Source: a virus (Duplodnaviria > Caudoviricetes). From it: a stretch of DNA of 38,232 bases. The stretch is from positions 1-38,232 of the IMG/VR virus record IMGVR_UViG_3300022666_000277, one strand, 5' to 3'. The notes beneath the pieces are model-generated. The model was not told where the DNA came from and made no database searches. It saw only the letters and a program-made list of their open reading frames with translations. Below, in pieces: positions 16,749 to 25,505 of the stretch. Numbering within the stretch: position 1 is the stretch's first letter; every line of letters begins with the position of its first letter. The position numbers and the translations under genes are program-made.

Positions 16749-16840
16749 CAGGTCTTGAACGCGGTTCCGAGGTGGTTTTGGAGGCTGTATGCGCCTAAAA
16801 ATACTGCGGATAACTTTTTAGTGTGGTTTGAGGGAGCCAG

Positions 16841-19810
16841 ATGGTAGCTAACGAGAGCATCATTGATCAGATCAAAGAGAAGAACCTCATCGAGGATATT
16901 GTCGAGGAATGCGGTTACCCATTGCAACAACGAGGGCGTTGGCGCAGGTGCACACGGGCGGGGGCAAGCGGGCTGGTGGTGGATGTGCAAAAACAGGTCT
17001 ATCACAGGTATGCGACCGGGGAATGGGGAGATGTGATTGCGTTCTACCAGGTGGAGAAACGGCTTGATTTTAAGGCGGCAGCGATTGAACTGGCCCGGCG
17101 AGCGCACCTTCCTGAACCGATGTGGGACAGCCAGAGCCATGAGCTGCGCCTGGCGGCCAGGGCAAAAGAAGAGTGCCTGGATGTGGCGCAACGGGTGTTT
17201 CGACGCTGGTTGGCGAAGAGCGAGGCAGCTTTGGCGTATGTGGAGCGCCGGGGTTGGGCACTGTGGCTGGATGAGGTGGATGCCGATGATAACAAGAAAC
17301 CAGGCGCTGCTACCCTGGCGATGCTGGGGTATTCAGGGGATGGGACGAATGTTGAGCGGGAGGAGATGCGCCAGGCGTTGTTGATGGCAGGGGTTGACCT
17401 GGAGTGTCCAACGGCGGTGGCCGTGCTGGGCTGGCGGGGGGATGTGGTAAGTTGGGCGCGGTCGCATAATATCCCGGGTGATAAGATCAGCGACGAATGG
17501 GTGGTGGGTGGGTATGTGCCGGGGATGATCGGGCAGCAACGGTTGGTCTACCCACATGTTTACAATGGGCGTATCGTGTATCTGAGCGCCAGGGCGATTG
17601 GTGAGAAGCGGCATTACAATGTGCCAGAGGCGCTGTTGGGGAAACGTCAGGCGTATTTCAATTATGTTTATACGGTAGGGGCGAAAGAGGTGGTGATCGT
17701 CGAGGGGCAGGCGGACGCGATCAGTCTGGCGCAGGCAGAGTTACCAGCGATTGCGCTGGCGGGGGTGTCGGTGGCGGATGGGCTGACGGAGTTATTGAAG
17801 CGACATAAGACGGTGTACCTCGGGCTGGATGCGGATGCGCCTGGGGTGAATGCAGCCTGGCAGGTGGCAGAACAGTTGGGGGCAGAGGTACGGCTTTTGC
17901 CGATGGTGAACCCGGCCGGGGTGCATTTTGCGGTGAGGGAGAATGCCAATCAACGGGAGCGGGAGCTGACCGAACAGGCAAACGGGATATGCGAGGCGCT
18001 GGGTAAAACTATCAAGTGGCCGTTGGATGATGGGCTGGCAAGATGGGGAGAGGGTGCAGAGGCGCGCCAGGTGAAGGATGCCAACGACCTGGTGCTGGCG
18101 ATGATGGCGGCCGGGGCGGATGTACGTGAGGAGATGCGCAAGGCGTTGGGGGCCTCGGTGATGTATGTGGAGGCGTTGTGTACCTGGGCCGGGATGCGGC
18201 AAGGGGCGGCGCGGGCGGAGGCGATGGAGCGGGCGTTGCGGGTGGTGAACGGTCTGGGTGATATGGCATTCTCGCTGATGCGCAGCCAATTGGCGAAGGC
18301 GCTGGGGGTGACTGTGCGAGAGTTGGCTGCGATGATGAAGGCGGCTGCGGCCGAGAAGGCAACAGCTGCTGCGGCAGGTGAGCCGATTTATACCTGGGGG
18401 GAATATGTTGACGGATGGCTGCTTGAGTATTTATACGACCAGGGGAAACATGAGGCGATGTTGGCCTGGCGGGACCCGGGCGGGAAGATTGGCAGCGGGA
18501 CGAGTGTGGAGATCAACGGGCGGCGCTATGAACCGGCTGAACCAGACGAGAATATACACATCGGGACGGTTCTGTTTCCGAGTAAGCTGGGCGATGCAAA
18601 GCCGTTACGGGAATTGGTTGCGTATGTGGAGATGTTTGTGAAGTCGGTCTATCTGTTGCCTTCGGATAAGATGGCGCGGTTGATTGCGTACTTTGTGATG
18701 AGCACATGGGTTTACGATGCGTTCTCGTCATTGATCTATCTGCGGTTGATGGGGGATGCTGGGGCTGGGAAGAGCGAGCTGATGTTTCGTATCGGGCTGG
18801 TGACGTATCGGCCGATCAGTGCGAACGGGGCAGACAGTACCAGTTCGCTGTTTCGGATGGTGCAGCAATATAAGGGGACGGTGCTGATTGATGAGGCCGA
18901 CTTGGAGAAGAGCGACACGGCACAGGATATGATTAAGTTTTACAACCTGGGGGCATTCAAGGGGCGGCCAATCCTGCGTTCTATAAAAGTGGTCGGGCCG
19001 GATGGGAACGATAATTATGAGGTGCGGGGGTTTCGAACCTTTTGCCCGAAGATTTTGACGCTGCGGAAAGAATTTCGAGATGATGCGGTGGGAAGCCGGA
19101 GCCTGACGATTAAGCTGCAACCGCGGGAAACAAATGAATTGGTGGCGGCGGGTATTCCGTTGCAGATTACGAACGCTATTAACGAGCGGGCGCAGGCGCT
19201 GCGTAACCTACTGCTGCGATGGCGTTTGGAGACCTGGCAACCGGAAATTGAGATTGACCCAAGTGTGTATGATTTGCAGATTAGCGCCCGTCTGAACCAG
19301 GTGGCGGGGTCGCTGTTGGCGCTGGCGAGCGATGACTCGGAACAACAGGAGGAGATCCGGGTCAATTTGCGGGAATATTATCGTGAGACTATTTTGAGCC
19401 GGAGTATGACACTCACGGCGAGGGTGATCGAAGCGATCTGGAAAATCTGGAAATACCCCGACCTGCACAACCAGTGTGTTAAGAACGATGGCGAGGGGGC
19501 ATTGATTAAGATTGGAGACATTACGAGGATTACGAATGAGTTGATTGATGAAATGAACGATACGGATGAGGAGGATGAGGGTGATAGCCCACAGAGCCAA
19601 AAGAATCAGAAGAGTGTGAAGGCGCAACGGGTGGGGTATATCTTGCGCGAGGAATTGCAGTTTCAGGTAACGGAACGGCGTCGGGATGGGTTTTTCATGA
19701 TCTGGAACGAACCCAGGTTGCGGGGGGTGAGTATGCGCTTTGGGGTTAACCCAGACCAGATTGGGCCTTTGCCGGAGCCGGTAAAACCACAGCAAGGGAA
19801 GATGCTATGA
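16841..19810 (+). CDS. Primase-helicase replication protein (TOPRIM primase, P-loop helicase, C-terminal wHTH), 989 aa
   Basis: DnaG-like N-terminus (degenerate Zn-binding region, WGDVIAF..DFKAA); TOPRIM IVEGQADAISL and GLDAD; Walker A GDAGAGKS; Walker B LIDEAD. Confidence 0.88.
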   Translation: MVANESIIDQIKEKNLIEDIVEECGYPLQQRGRWRRCTRAGASGLVVDVQKQVYHRYATGEWGDVIAFYQVEKRLDFKAAAIELARRAHLPEPMWDSQSHELRLAARAKEECLDVAQRVFRRWLAKSEAALAYVERRGWALWLDEVDADDNKKPGAATLAMLGYSGDGTNVEREEMRQALLMAGVDLECPTAVAVLGWRGDVVSWARSHNIPGDKISDEWVVGGYVPGMIGQQRLVYPHVYNGRIVYLSARAIGEKRHYNVPEALLGKRQAYFNYVYTVGAKEVVIVEGQADAISLAQAELPAIALAGVSVADGLTELLKRHKTVYLGLDADAPGVNAAWQVAEQLGAEVRLLPMVNPAGVHFAVRENANQRERELTEQANGICEALGKTIKWPLDDGLARWGEGAEARQVKDANDLVLAMMAAGADVREEMRKALGASVMYVEALCTWAGMRQGAARAEAMERALRVVNGLGDMAFSLMRSQLAKALGVTVRELAAMMKAAAAEKATAAAAGEPIYTWGEYVDGWLLEYLYDQGKHEAMLAWRDPGGKIGSGTSVEINGRRYEPAEPDENIHIGTVLFPSKLGDAKPLRELVAYVEMFVKSVYLLPSDKMARLIAYFVMSTWVYDAFSSLIYLRLMGDAGAGKSELMFRIGLVTYRPISANGADSTSSLFRMVQQYKGTVLIDEADLEKSDTAQDMIKFYNLGAFKGRPILRSIKVVGPDGNDNYEVRGFRTFCPKILTLRKEFRDDAVGSRSLTIKLQPRETNELVAAGIPLQITNAINERAQALRNLLLRWRLETWQPEIEIDPSVYDLQISARLNQVAGSLLALASDDSEQQEEIRVNLREYYRETILSRSMTLTARVIEAIWKIWKYPDLHNQCVKNDGEGALIKIGDITRITNELIDEMNDTDEEDEGDSPQSQKNQKSVKAQRVGYILREELQFQVTERRRDGFFMIWNEPRLRGVSMRFGVNPDQIGPLPEPVKPQQGKML

Positions 19811-19817
19811 CGGCTGA

Positions 19818-20170
19818 GATTCAGGCTGTGAATACTGTGAATACTGTTAACAGGATTCCGGCTGCTATAAATGTTTTGTCAATTGGGGCCAAAAAAGGGC
19901 GTCTTTTACAAAACATTTGCTTCACCCTAAATGTTGTTAACAGTATTCACAGTATTCACAGCCTGAATCAGGCCTGTTTCAGGCCATTTTTTGGCTTTTT
20001 TGGGGGTCGTTTACTGAAAATCGGCTGTTTTTGGGGTATTCGGAGGGCTTTGTTTGTGAATACATTGAATACTTATGAATATATATGTGATCAGTGGGCA
20101 CATTTGTTATGGGCAATTATAGGGCGTTGTGAATACCCCGTGAATACTCTGTGAATACTCTGTGAATACT
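19818..20170. other. Putative replication origin with GTGAATAC iterons
   Basis: Perfect 35-bp inverted repeat (19818-19852 / 19935-19969); four direct GTGAATAC copies at an 11-bp period (20129, 20140, 20151, 20162); AT-rich; directly after the primase gene. Confidence 0.8.
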
Positions 20171-20214
20171 TCCCTTTTGAGTTTTCTTTAAGGTTCGAGA
20201 AATTGGAGGGTGAA

Positions 20215-20679
20215 ATGGTGTGGATTTTGGTGGCGATAATTGGGTTGGCGGCGTTGCTGGCGCTGATGGCAAGCCTGGCGAATAGTGCGGCGAGCGCGGC
20301 GCAGGCAATGGCGGCGTTGGAGGCGGCCCGGGCAGCGCAGACGGCTAACCAGGTGAGTATGGGGTTGATAGCGCTGGTGGCGGTGCTGACGTTGGCGGTG
20401 ATCGGGCTGTTGGCGGTGATGCTGGTGCAGCGTGTGCGTCTGGAACGGTTGCGCCGGGCGCAAGATGGCGGACGGTGGCTGCCTGGGCCGAATGCGCGCT
20501 GGGGCCGGGCGGCAGGCAGGGCGCTGGATGCCGGACGGCAGGTTGACCCGATGCAGGCTATGATGTTGGCGGTGTTGGCGAAAATGTCCGGGGTTGAGTT
20601 GGGACGGCATGAAACAAGGGTCGCCCTGGAAGAGCCAGAAGCGGATGATGAGGATGCGGCTATTTGGTGGGAAGGGTGA
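20215..20679 (+). CDS. Membrane protein with two TM helices (candidate transfer or spread accessory)
   Basis: GGAGG RBS; two hydrophobic helices; directly upstream of the FtsK-like gene. Confidence 0.7.
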   Translation: MVWILVAIIGLAALLALMASLANSAASAAQAMAALEAARAAQTANQVSMGLIALVAVLTLAVIGLLAVMLVQRVRLERLRRAQDGGRWLPGPNARWGRAAGRALDAGRQVDPMQAMMLAVLAKMSGVELGRHETRVALEEPEADDEDAAIWWEG

Positions 20680-20684
20680 TTGTT

Positions 20685-22559
20685 ATGAAGATAAAAAAGC
20701 TGTGGACGATTGGGGGGGCGGCGCTGCTGATGCTGTTGGCGGGGTGCGCTGCGGCGACTGGTGGGGATGGCGCTGCGGCGCCCAATACCGACCCGTATTA
20801 TGGGGCGGGGGCGAGTGCGGCGACGGCCAGCGCGGCGCGGGCGACGTCGGCGTATTTTGGGCAGCAGATTACGGCGACAGCGGAGGCGCGGCAGGCGACT
20901 GCGGCGCAACGGGATTGGCTGGATGCCCAGCGGCAGACGGGCGTGGCACAGACGGCGACACGGGAGGTGTGGCTGGCGACAGCAACGGCGGCGAGCATTC
21001 AGAGCACGTCGACGGCGGAGGCGACGGGGACGATGGCGGCGCGTACTCAGCAGGCTTTAAATGTGTTGCAAACGGCAACGGTGGCGGCGGTGTTTGCGGG
21101 GAGCACGCAGCAGGCGATTGTGGCCGAGTCGAACCGTCTGGCGTTGGAACGGGAAGCGACGATGAACCAGGTGCGGGCGGCGGCGCCATGGGTTGGGATG
21201 GGGCTGTTGTTTGCGTTGCTGATGTGGCTGGCGGTGGTGTTGGGCTGGGCACAGGCGAAGCGGGCACAGGTGATCAAACGGGATGAGCGGGGGGATGCGC
21301 CGATTTTGGTGAGCGGGGATAACATTTATGACCCGGACCGCAATCCGGGGCCGGTGCTGATCAGCAGGCGGGTGCCGGAGATTCCGCAGTTGACGGCGGA
21401 GGGGATGCAGGCCGAGGTGACGCGGCGCGACCAGGCGATTGACCTGGTGCATCGGGGTCTGGTGGGGCAGGCTGCGGGCCGGGCGAAGCTGGGGCGATGG
21501 CAGGCTGAGATTGCGCCGGATGGGGGCGCGGCGACGGCTGTGGCGGGGTTGCCTGCGGCGGCAGAGTGGCAGCGAATGATGAGATGGCCAGGGGGGCCGC
21601 TGGTGTTGGGGGTGGGCGAGCAGGGGCCGGTGCTGGTTGACCCGGAGAGCCATCCGCATCTGTTGTTTGCGGGAACGAGCGGGAGCGGGAAGAGCCGGGG
21701 CGGGCTGCGGCCACTGGTAGCGGAGGCGCTGGCGGATGGATGGCAGGTGGTCATTCTCGATCGGAGTGGGCTCGACTTTCAGCCGTTTGCACAGCATTCG
21801 AATGTGCGATTAGTGACGCTGGGGAAGCGACCAGAGGAGGCGATTGGGTATTTACGGTCGGTATATAGCGAGGTGGTGCGGCGGTTTGGGTTGCTGCGAG
21901 AGGCTGGCGCCTCAACCTGGGGGCGCTGGGTGGGGAGGAACGGGGCGCGGGTGCTGGTGGTGGTGGATGAGTTCAGCGATCTGGCGGATAGCCTGGCGGC
22001 GGGGGAGCGAGAGGAGTTGTGGCGGCAGGCGCGCCTGGTTGCGGCGGAGGGGCGTAAGAGTGGGGTTCATCTGGCGATTGCTTTGCAGGATCCGACGTAT
22101 AAGAGTTTGGATCTGCGTATCCGACGTAATATGACGCCGGTGTGTTTTCGGGTTTTGGATGATGCGGCCAGCCGGGTGGTGTTGGGGGCAGGGGGGGCAG
22201 ATCGATTGAAGCCAGGGCAGTTTTTGACGGCGGCGGTGGGGCAGTTGGCGGCAGGGGTGGCCTTCAATCCGGATGATGGTGAGATTGCGACGTTTTTGGA
22301 GCGGCGGGCGGTGGCGCGATTGGGGGCGCCGGAATGGTTGCAGCTGGAGGAGCCGAAGGCCTCGGTCTCTTCTGGCTGTAATGGTGAGGATGATCTGGCG
22401 GAACGGGTGAAGGAGCTGGCGCGGCAGGGGTTGAGCCTGAATGAGATCCAGCGACGGGTGTTTGGGTATACGGGCGGGGCGGCGTTTGCGATGGTGCGCG
22501 GGGTTTTGGGCGGTACTACTGTGGGGGGTGGGGGTAGTACTGGGGAAGAGATGGGGTAG
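20685..22559 (+). CDS. FtsK/SpoIIIE (TraB-like) DNA translocase with lipoprotein signal, TM helix and C-terminal HTH, 624 aa
   Basis: Lipobox LLAGC; TM WVGMGLLFALLMWLAVVLGW; PHLLFAGTSGSGKS; VLVVVDE; GRKSGVHLAIALQ; C-terminal GLSLNEIQRRVFG. Confidence 0.85.
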   Translation: MKIKKLWTIGGAALLMLLAGCAAATGGDGAAAPNTDPYYGAGASAATASAARATSAYFGQQITATAEARQATAAQRDWLDAQRQTGVAQTATREVWLATATAASIQSTSTAEATGTMAARTQQALNVLQTATVAAVFAGSTQQAIVAESNRLALEREATMNQVRAAAPWVGMGLLFALLMWLAVVLGWAQAKRAQVIKRDERGDAPILVSGDNIYDPDRNPGPVLISRRVPEIPQLTAEGMQAEVTRRDQAIDLVHRGLVGQAAGRAKLGRWQAEIAPDGGAATAVAGLPAAAEWQRMMRWPGGPLVLGVGEQGPVLVDPESHPHLLFAGTSGSGKSRGGLRPLVAEALADGWQVVILDRSGLDFQPFAQHSNVRLVTLGKRPEEAIGYLRSVYSEVVRRFGLLREAGASTWGRWVGRNGARVLVVVDEFSDLADSLAAGEREELWRQARLVAAEGRKSGVHLAIALQDPTYKSLDLRIRRNMTPVCFRVLDDAASRVVLGAGGADRLKPGQFLTAAVGQLAAGVAFNPDDGEIATFLERRAVARLGAPEWLQLEEPKASVSSGCNGEDDLAERVKELARQGLSLNEIQRRVFGYTGGAAFAMVRGVLGGTTVGGGGSTGEEMG

Positions 22560-22605
22560 TACTGGAAGTATTCGAAAAATTGGTGTGGTTCGAGGAGGAT
22601 TGAGG

Positions 22606-22824
22606 ATGATCAGTGGCATGTTATGGCAGGTGGATATGAAGGAGACGGCTGAGGAACAGGTGCGAAAGGCCGTTGCGCATTATGAGAAGAAGACGGGGCG
22701 GAAGGCGACGATGTGCCAGGTGCACCCACGGATGAACCTGGGGGGGAGGGTGGATGGGGTGGCGATCACGACGGATGGGTATGTTCCGATGGGGCATTAT
22801 TTGATTGGAGTGGAGGAAGAATGA
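22606..22824 (+). CDS. Hypothetical protein, about 72 aa
   Basis: GAGGAGG RBS; ATGA overlap with parA. Confidence 0.65.
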   Translation: MISGMLWQVDMKETAEEQVRKAVAHYEKKTGRKATMCQVHPRMNLGGRVDGVAITTDGYVPMGHYLIGVEEE

Positions 22825-23585
22825 TTATTGCGGTGGCAAACCAAAAGGGTGGGGTGGGGAAGACGACGACGGCGGTTACGCTGGCGCATGGGGCGGCGCT
22901 GCGAGGATGGAGGACGCTGCTGGTTGATCTGGATGCCCAGGGGAATGTTGCGGACAGTCTGGGGTTGGAGAGCGGGACGGCGTTGTACCGCTGGTTGAGT
23001 GGGGGGTGTACGTTAGATGAGGCGGCAACGCAGGCCCGGACGGGGCTGGATGTGGTGCGAGGGGATAAGATGACGGTGCGGCTGAAGCGTGAGTTGAGCG
23101 GGATGGATTTCCCGGCGAATGTGTTGGCGGAGGCGCTGCGGAAACATGAGTATGACCTGGTGGTGATGGATTGTGCGCCGAGCGTGGATATTTTGCATAC
23201 GGCGGCGCTGGTGGCGGCGGATTATCTGGTGGTGCCGACGCGGTTGGATCAACTGGCGATTAAAGGGGTGATGGAGATGATGCAGAGTCTGGCGGCTGTG
23301 CAGCGGAATGTGGGCGGGCAGGCCTGCCGGCTGGCAGGGGTGGTGCCGACGTTTTATGATCGGACGACGAATGAGAGCCATGCGCAATTGGAGAATTTGA
23401 CGCGGTGGGGTAAACAGGTGGTATGGCCACCGGTGCCGGTGGATAACCAGTGCCGGGTGGCGACTCGGTTGGGGCAGACGCTGTGTGAGGTTTTGCCGAA
23501 GCCGCGGGCGCTGGTCGGGATACGGGTGCAGGCCGGTTTTGTGGGCGGGTATGAGCAGGTGTTAGATAGGGTGTTGGCGCTATGA
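22821..23585 (+). CDS. parA: ParA/Soj-family partition ATPase, 254 aa
   Basis: Deviant Walker A NQKGGVGKTT, LVDLDAQGN, MDCAP, AADYLVVP. Confidence 0.93.
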   Translation: MIIAVANQKGGVGKTTTAVTLAHGAALRGWRTLLVDLDAQGNVADSLGLESGTALYRWLSGGCTLDEAATQARTGLDVVRGDKMTVRLKRELSGMDFPANVLAEALRKHEYDLVVMDCAPSVDILHTAALVAADYLVVPTRLDQLAIKGVMEMMQSLAAVQRNVGGQACRLAGVVPTFYDRTTNESHAQLENLTRWGKQVVWPPVPVDNQCRVATRLGQTLCEVLPKPRALVGIRVQAGFVGGYEQVLDRVLAL

Positions 23586-23950
23586 AAAAAGATGCAGATG
23601 GTTTTCTGGATTTGGGACAGAGTATTGATCCGGCGGTGGATGTGTTGCTGGGGCAGGGGCGGCTGCGCCAGGAAGGGCAGCGGATGGGGGTGGGGGAGCG
23701 GCGTAAGAAGCGGAAGGAGCGCGAGAAGCAGGCGGCTCGCAAGGGGCGCCAGGCGCTGTATGATCTGGAGCAGGATGTGAAGGAGGGGGTGGCCGGGCTG
23801 GCGGATGAGTTGGGTACGACGGCCAGCCAGGTGGCGAACGCGTTGCTGGCGCTGGGGCTGGATGCGGTGCGTGCGGGGCGGGTTGATCTGGCGGGGATGC
23901 GGGTGCCATCGAGCAGCCCGCGGTACGATTTTACGCTAAAGGTCAGGTAA
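23582..23950 (+). CDS. Small ParA partner, putative ribbon-helix-helix centromere-binding protein
   Basis: ATGA-coupled to parA; a short strand followed by two helices (ALYDL...LADELGTTASQVANALL); followed by a repeat array. Confidence 0.6.
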   Translation: MKKDADGFLDLGQSIDPAVDVLLGQGRLRQEGQRMGVGERRKKRKEREKQAARKGRQALYDLEQDVKEGVAGLADELGTTASQVANALLALGLDAVRAGRVDLAGMRVPSSSPRYDFTLKVR

Positions 23951-24042
23951 GGGATATCGCTTGAGAAAATAAGGGATATCGCTGGCGATTTACAGGGATA
24001 TGTTTTCAGGGATATCGCTGTAAAAAAGGTAGGGATATCGCT
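23950..24042 (+). repeat. Putative parS/centromere: AGGGATATCGCT direct repeats
   Basis: Copies start at 23950, 23972, 23994 (8-mer only), 24008 and 24031; spacings 22, 22, 14 and 23. Confidence 0.75.
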
Positions 24043-24068
24043 TTTGACTACAGGAGGGCTTGAGGCGC

Positions 24069-24632
24069 ATGGAATTGAAGACGGTGGTGGGTAGGGTTGG
24101 GTGTTGGGAAGATTTGGCACGCGGAGGCGCGGAGGGCGCGGAGGTGTTGTTGAAGAATGATTTGACGTGCTTTGGTTTGCGGCGGGTGCATGTGGTGAGC
24201 GATCGTAAGGTGGCGGATTGGCGGCGGTGGCTGCGAACGGCAGGGATGCCGTTTGAGGCGGAGGGGTCGCTGGCGGTGTGGCAGTATGAGGATGCGGCGG
24301 TGAGGTTCTGGCATTTGTGGATGGTATGGCATGTGCGCGGTGAGGTGGTGGGTGTGCAGTGTGGTGGGGTGAAGTTGTGTGGTGTGCTGTGGTATGTGGA
24401 GCCGGGTGAGACGATGGGGAAGGTTATTGAGGATGCTGCGATGCGATTCTGGTTGTATTTCGATCGGCAACCGGCGGTGGCCTGGGCAGCGAGTTTGCAG
24501 AAGGGCGCGCCGGATCATGTTGAACTGGAGGCTGGCAATGGGAAGGTTTGGATCGATGTGCGGGCTGCGGGTTGGGCGCCGAAACGCTGCGTTTTTGTAT
24601 GCGGAAGCGAGGGGCGGGATGTGTCATTTTGA
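24069..24632 (+). CDS. Hypothetical protein with an internal EDAAxRFW duplication
   Basis: AGGAGG upstream; the motif occurs twice. Confidence 0.6.
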   Translation: MELKTVVGRVGCWEDLARGGAEGAEVLLKNDLTCFGLRRVHVVSDRKVADWRRWLRTAGMPFEAEGSLAVWQYEDAAVRFWHLWMVWHVRGEVVGVQCGGVKLCGVLWYVEPGETMGKVIEDAAMRFWLYFDRQPAVAWAASLQKGAPDHVELEAGNGKVWIDVRAAGWAPKRCVFVCGSEGRDVSF

Positions 24633-24912
24633 TCGAGATGTGCGGCCGTGGCGATGTGGAAATGGGCATGTGTTGGGGCAGGTGTTTCGTAATGGGAGTG
24701 GGGTGCGGCAGTTGTTGTTGTACCGGGAGGCTGTTGATTTGACGGTGGAGGGGGAGGGGATGGTTGAGGTGGATGTGATGGCGGTGGTGGATGGGTTTGT
24801 GGCGGATATTCGCTGTTCGATTTGCGGGTGTGTGCGTTCGTGGGTGCCTGGGGAGGAGAGTGTGCGGTTGTTGTTGGAGCGGAGAAGGATGCGTGGGGAA
24901 GGGAGGGTTTGA
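24619..24912 (+). CDS. Zinc-ribbon protein, 97 aa
   Basis: WRCGNGH...RCSICG pattern. Confidence 0.65.
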   Translation: MCHFDRDVRPWRCGNGHVLGQVFRNGSGVRQLLLYREAVDLTVEGEGMVEVDVMAVVDGFVADIRCSICGCVRSWVPGEESVRLLLERRRMRGEGRV

Positions 24913-25301
24913 TGGGCAATTTCTTTGTATGCATTAGGGACGACCCACAGCGGGCGGAGATGTTCTGCCAGGCCGGGTTGGATCCGGGGCGGGCGCCGGT
25001 GGTGAGTCCGGTTGCCAGGTGGGCGAGGTTGCCGGGGCGGGGCTGGGCGCTGGTTTATGAGCTGGCGATTGGTGATCTGACGGTGGAGCAACGGCAACGG
25101 TTGGCGGAGCTGCTGGCCAGGCGGTTTGGTCTGCCGGTGGAGGAGGTGGTGCGCGATCTGGAGGTGGTGGGGTGTCCTATCCTGGCGGCGGGTTGTGTTG
25201 TGATTATTGAGTATGCGTGGGGTGCGGAGGGGGGGAGGGGGGCACGCGGAGGCGCGGAGAACGCGGAGGGGGAGGGGGGTAGAACGGATGGACGATTGTA
25301 G
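24912..25301 (+). CDS. Hypothetical protein, 129 aa
   Basis: GGAGG RBS; TGATG coupling. Confidence 0.65.
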   Translation: MGNFFVCIRDDPQRAEMFCQAGLDPGRAPVVSPVARWARLPGRGWALVYELAIGDLTVEQRQRLAELLARRFGLPVEEVVRDLEVVGCPILAAGCVVIIEYAWGAEGGRGARGGAENAEGEGGRTDGRL

Positions 25302-25505
25302 TTGGGTTGGCGGTATGGTAAAATAGGAGGCGAGACAGGCATCTCAAACAACGAGCGGTTTGTGTTTTAACAACCGTTCCTCATAATTTGGCTATATAAT
25401 TGTGGGCGAAGGTACCCACCTGGTTAAACATCCGCTCAGAGATGCCTGTCTCCAACGGTTGTGCCGGGTGGGTACTTTTGCGTTCTGATAAAGGAGACAG
25501 GCAAA
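25296..25505 (+). promoter_or_regulatory. Promoter plus structured leader RNA with an SD-sequestering switch
   Basis: TTGTAG-17-TAAAAT with an extended -10 TG. Segment 25439-25453 is complementary both to 25332-25345 and to the SD region 25493-25503. Confidence 0.7.

Noticed and set aside
19807-20154. 115-aa ORF after the primase gene
   Set aside because: It merely translates the iterons (VNTVNTVN, IHSIHS). The region is better explained as an origin, although the ATGA overlap means translation cannot be excluded.
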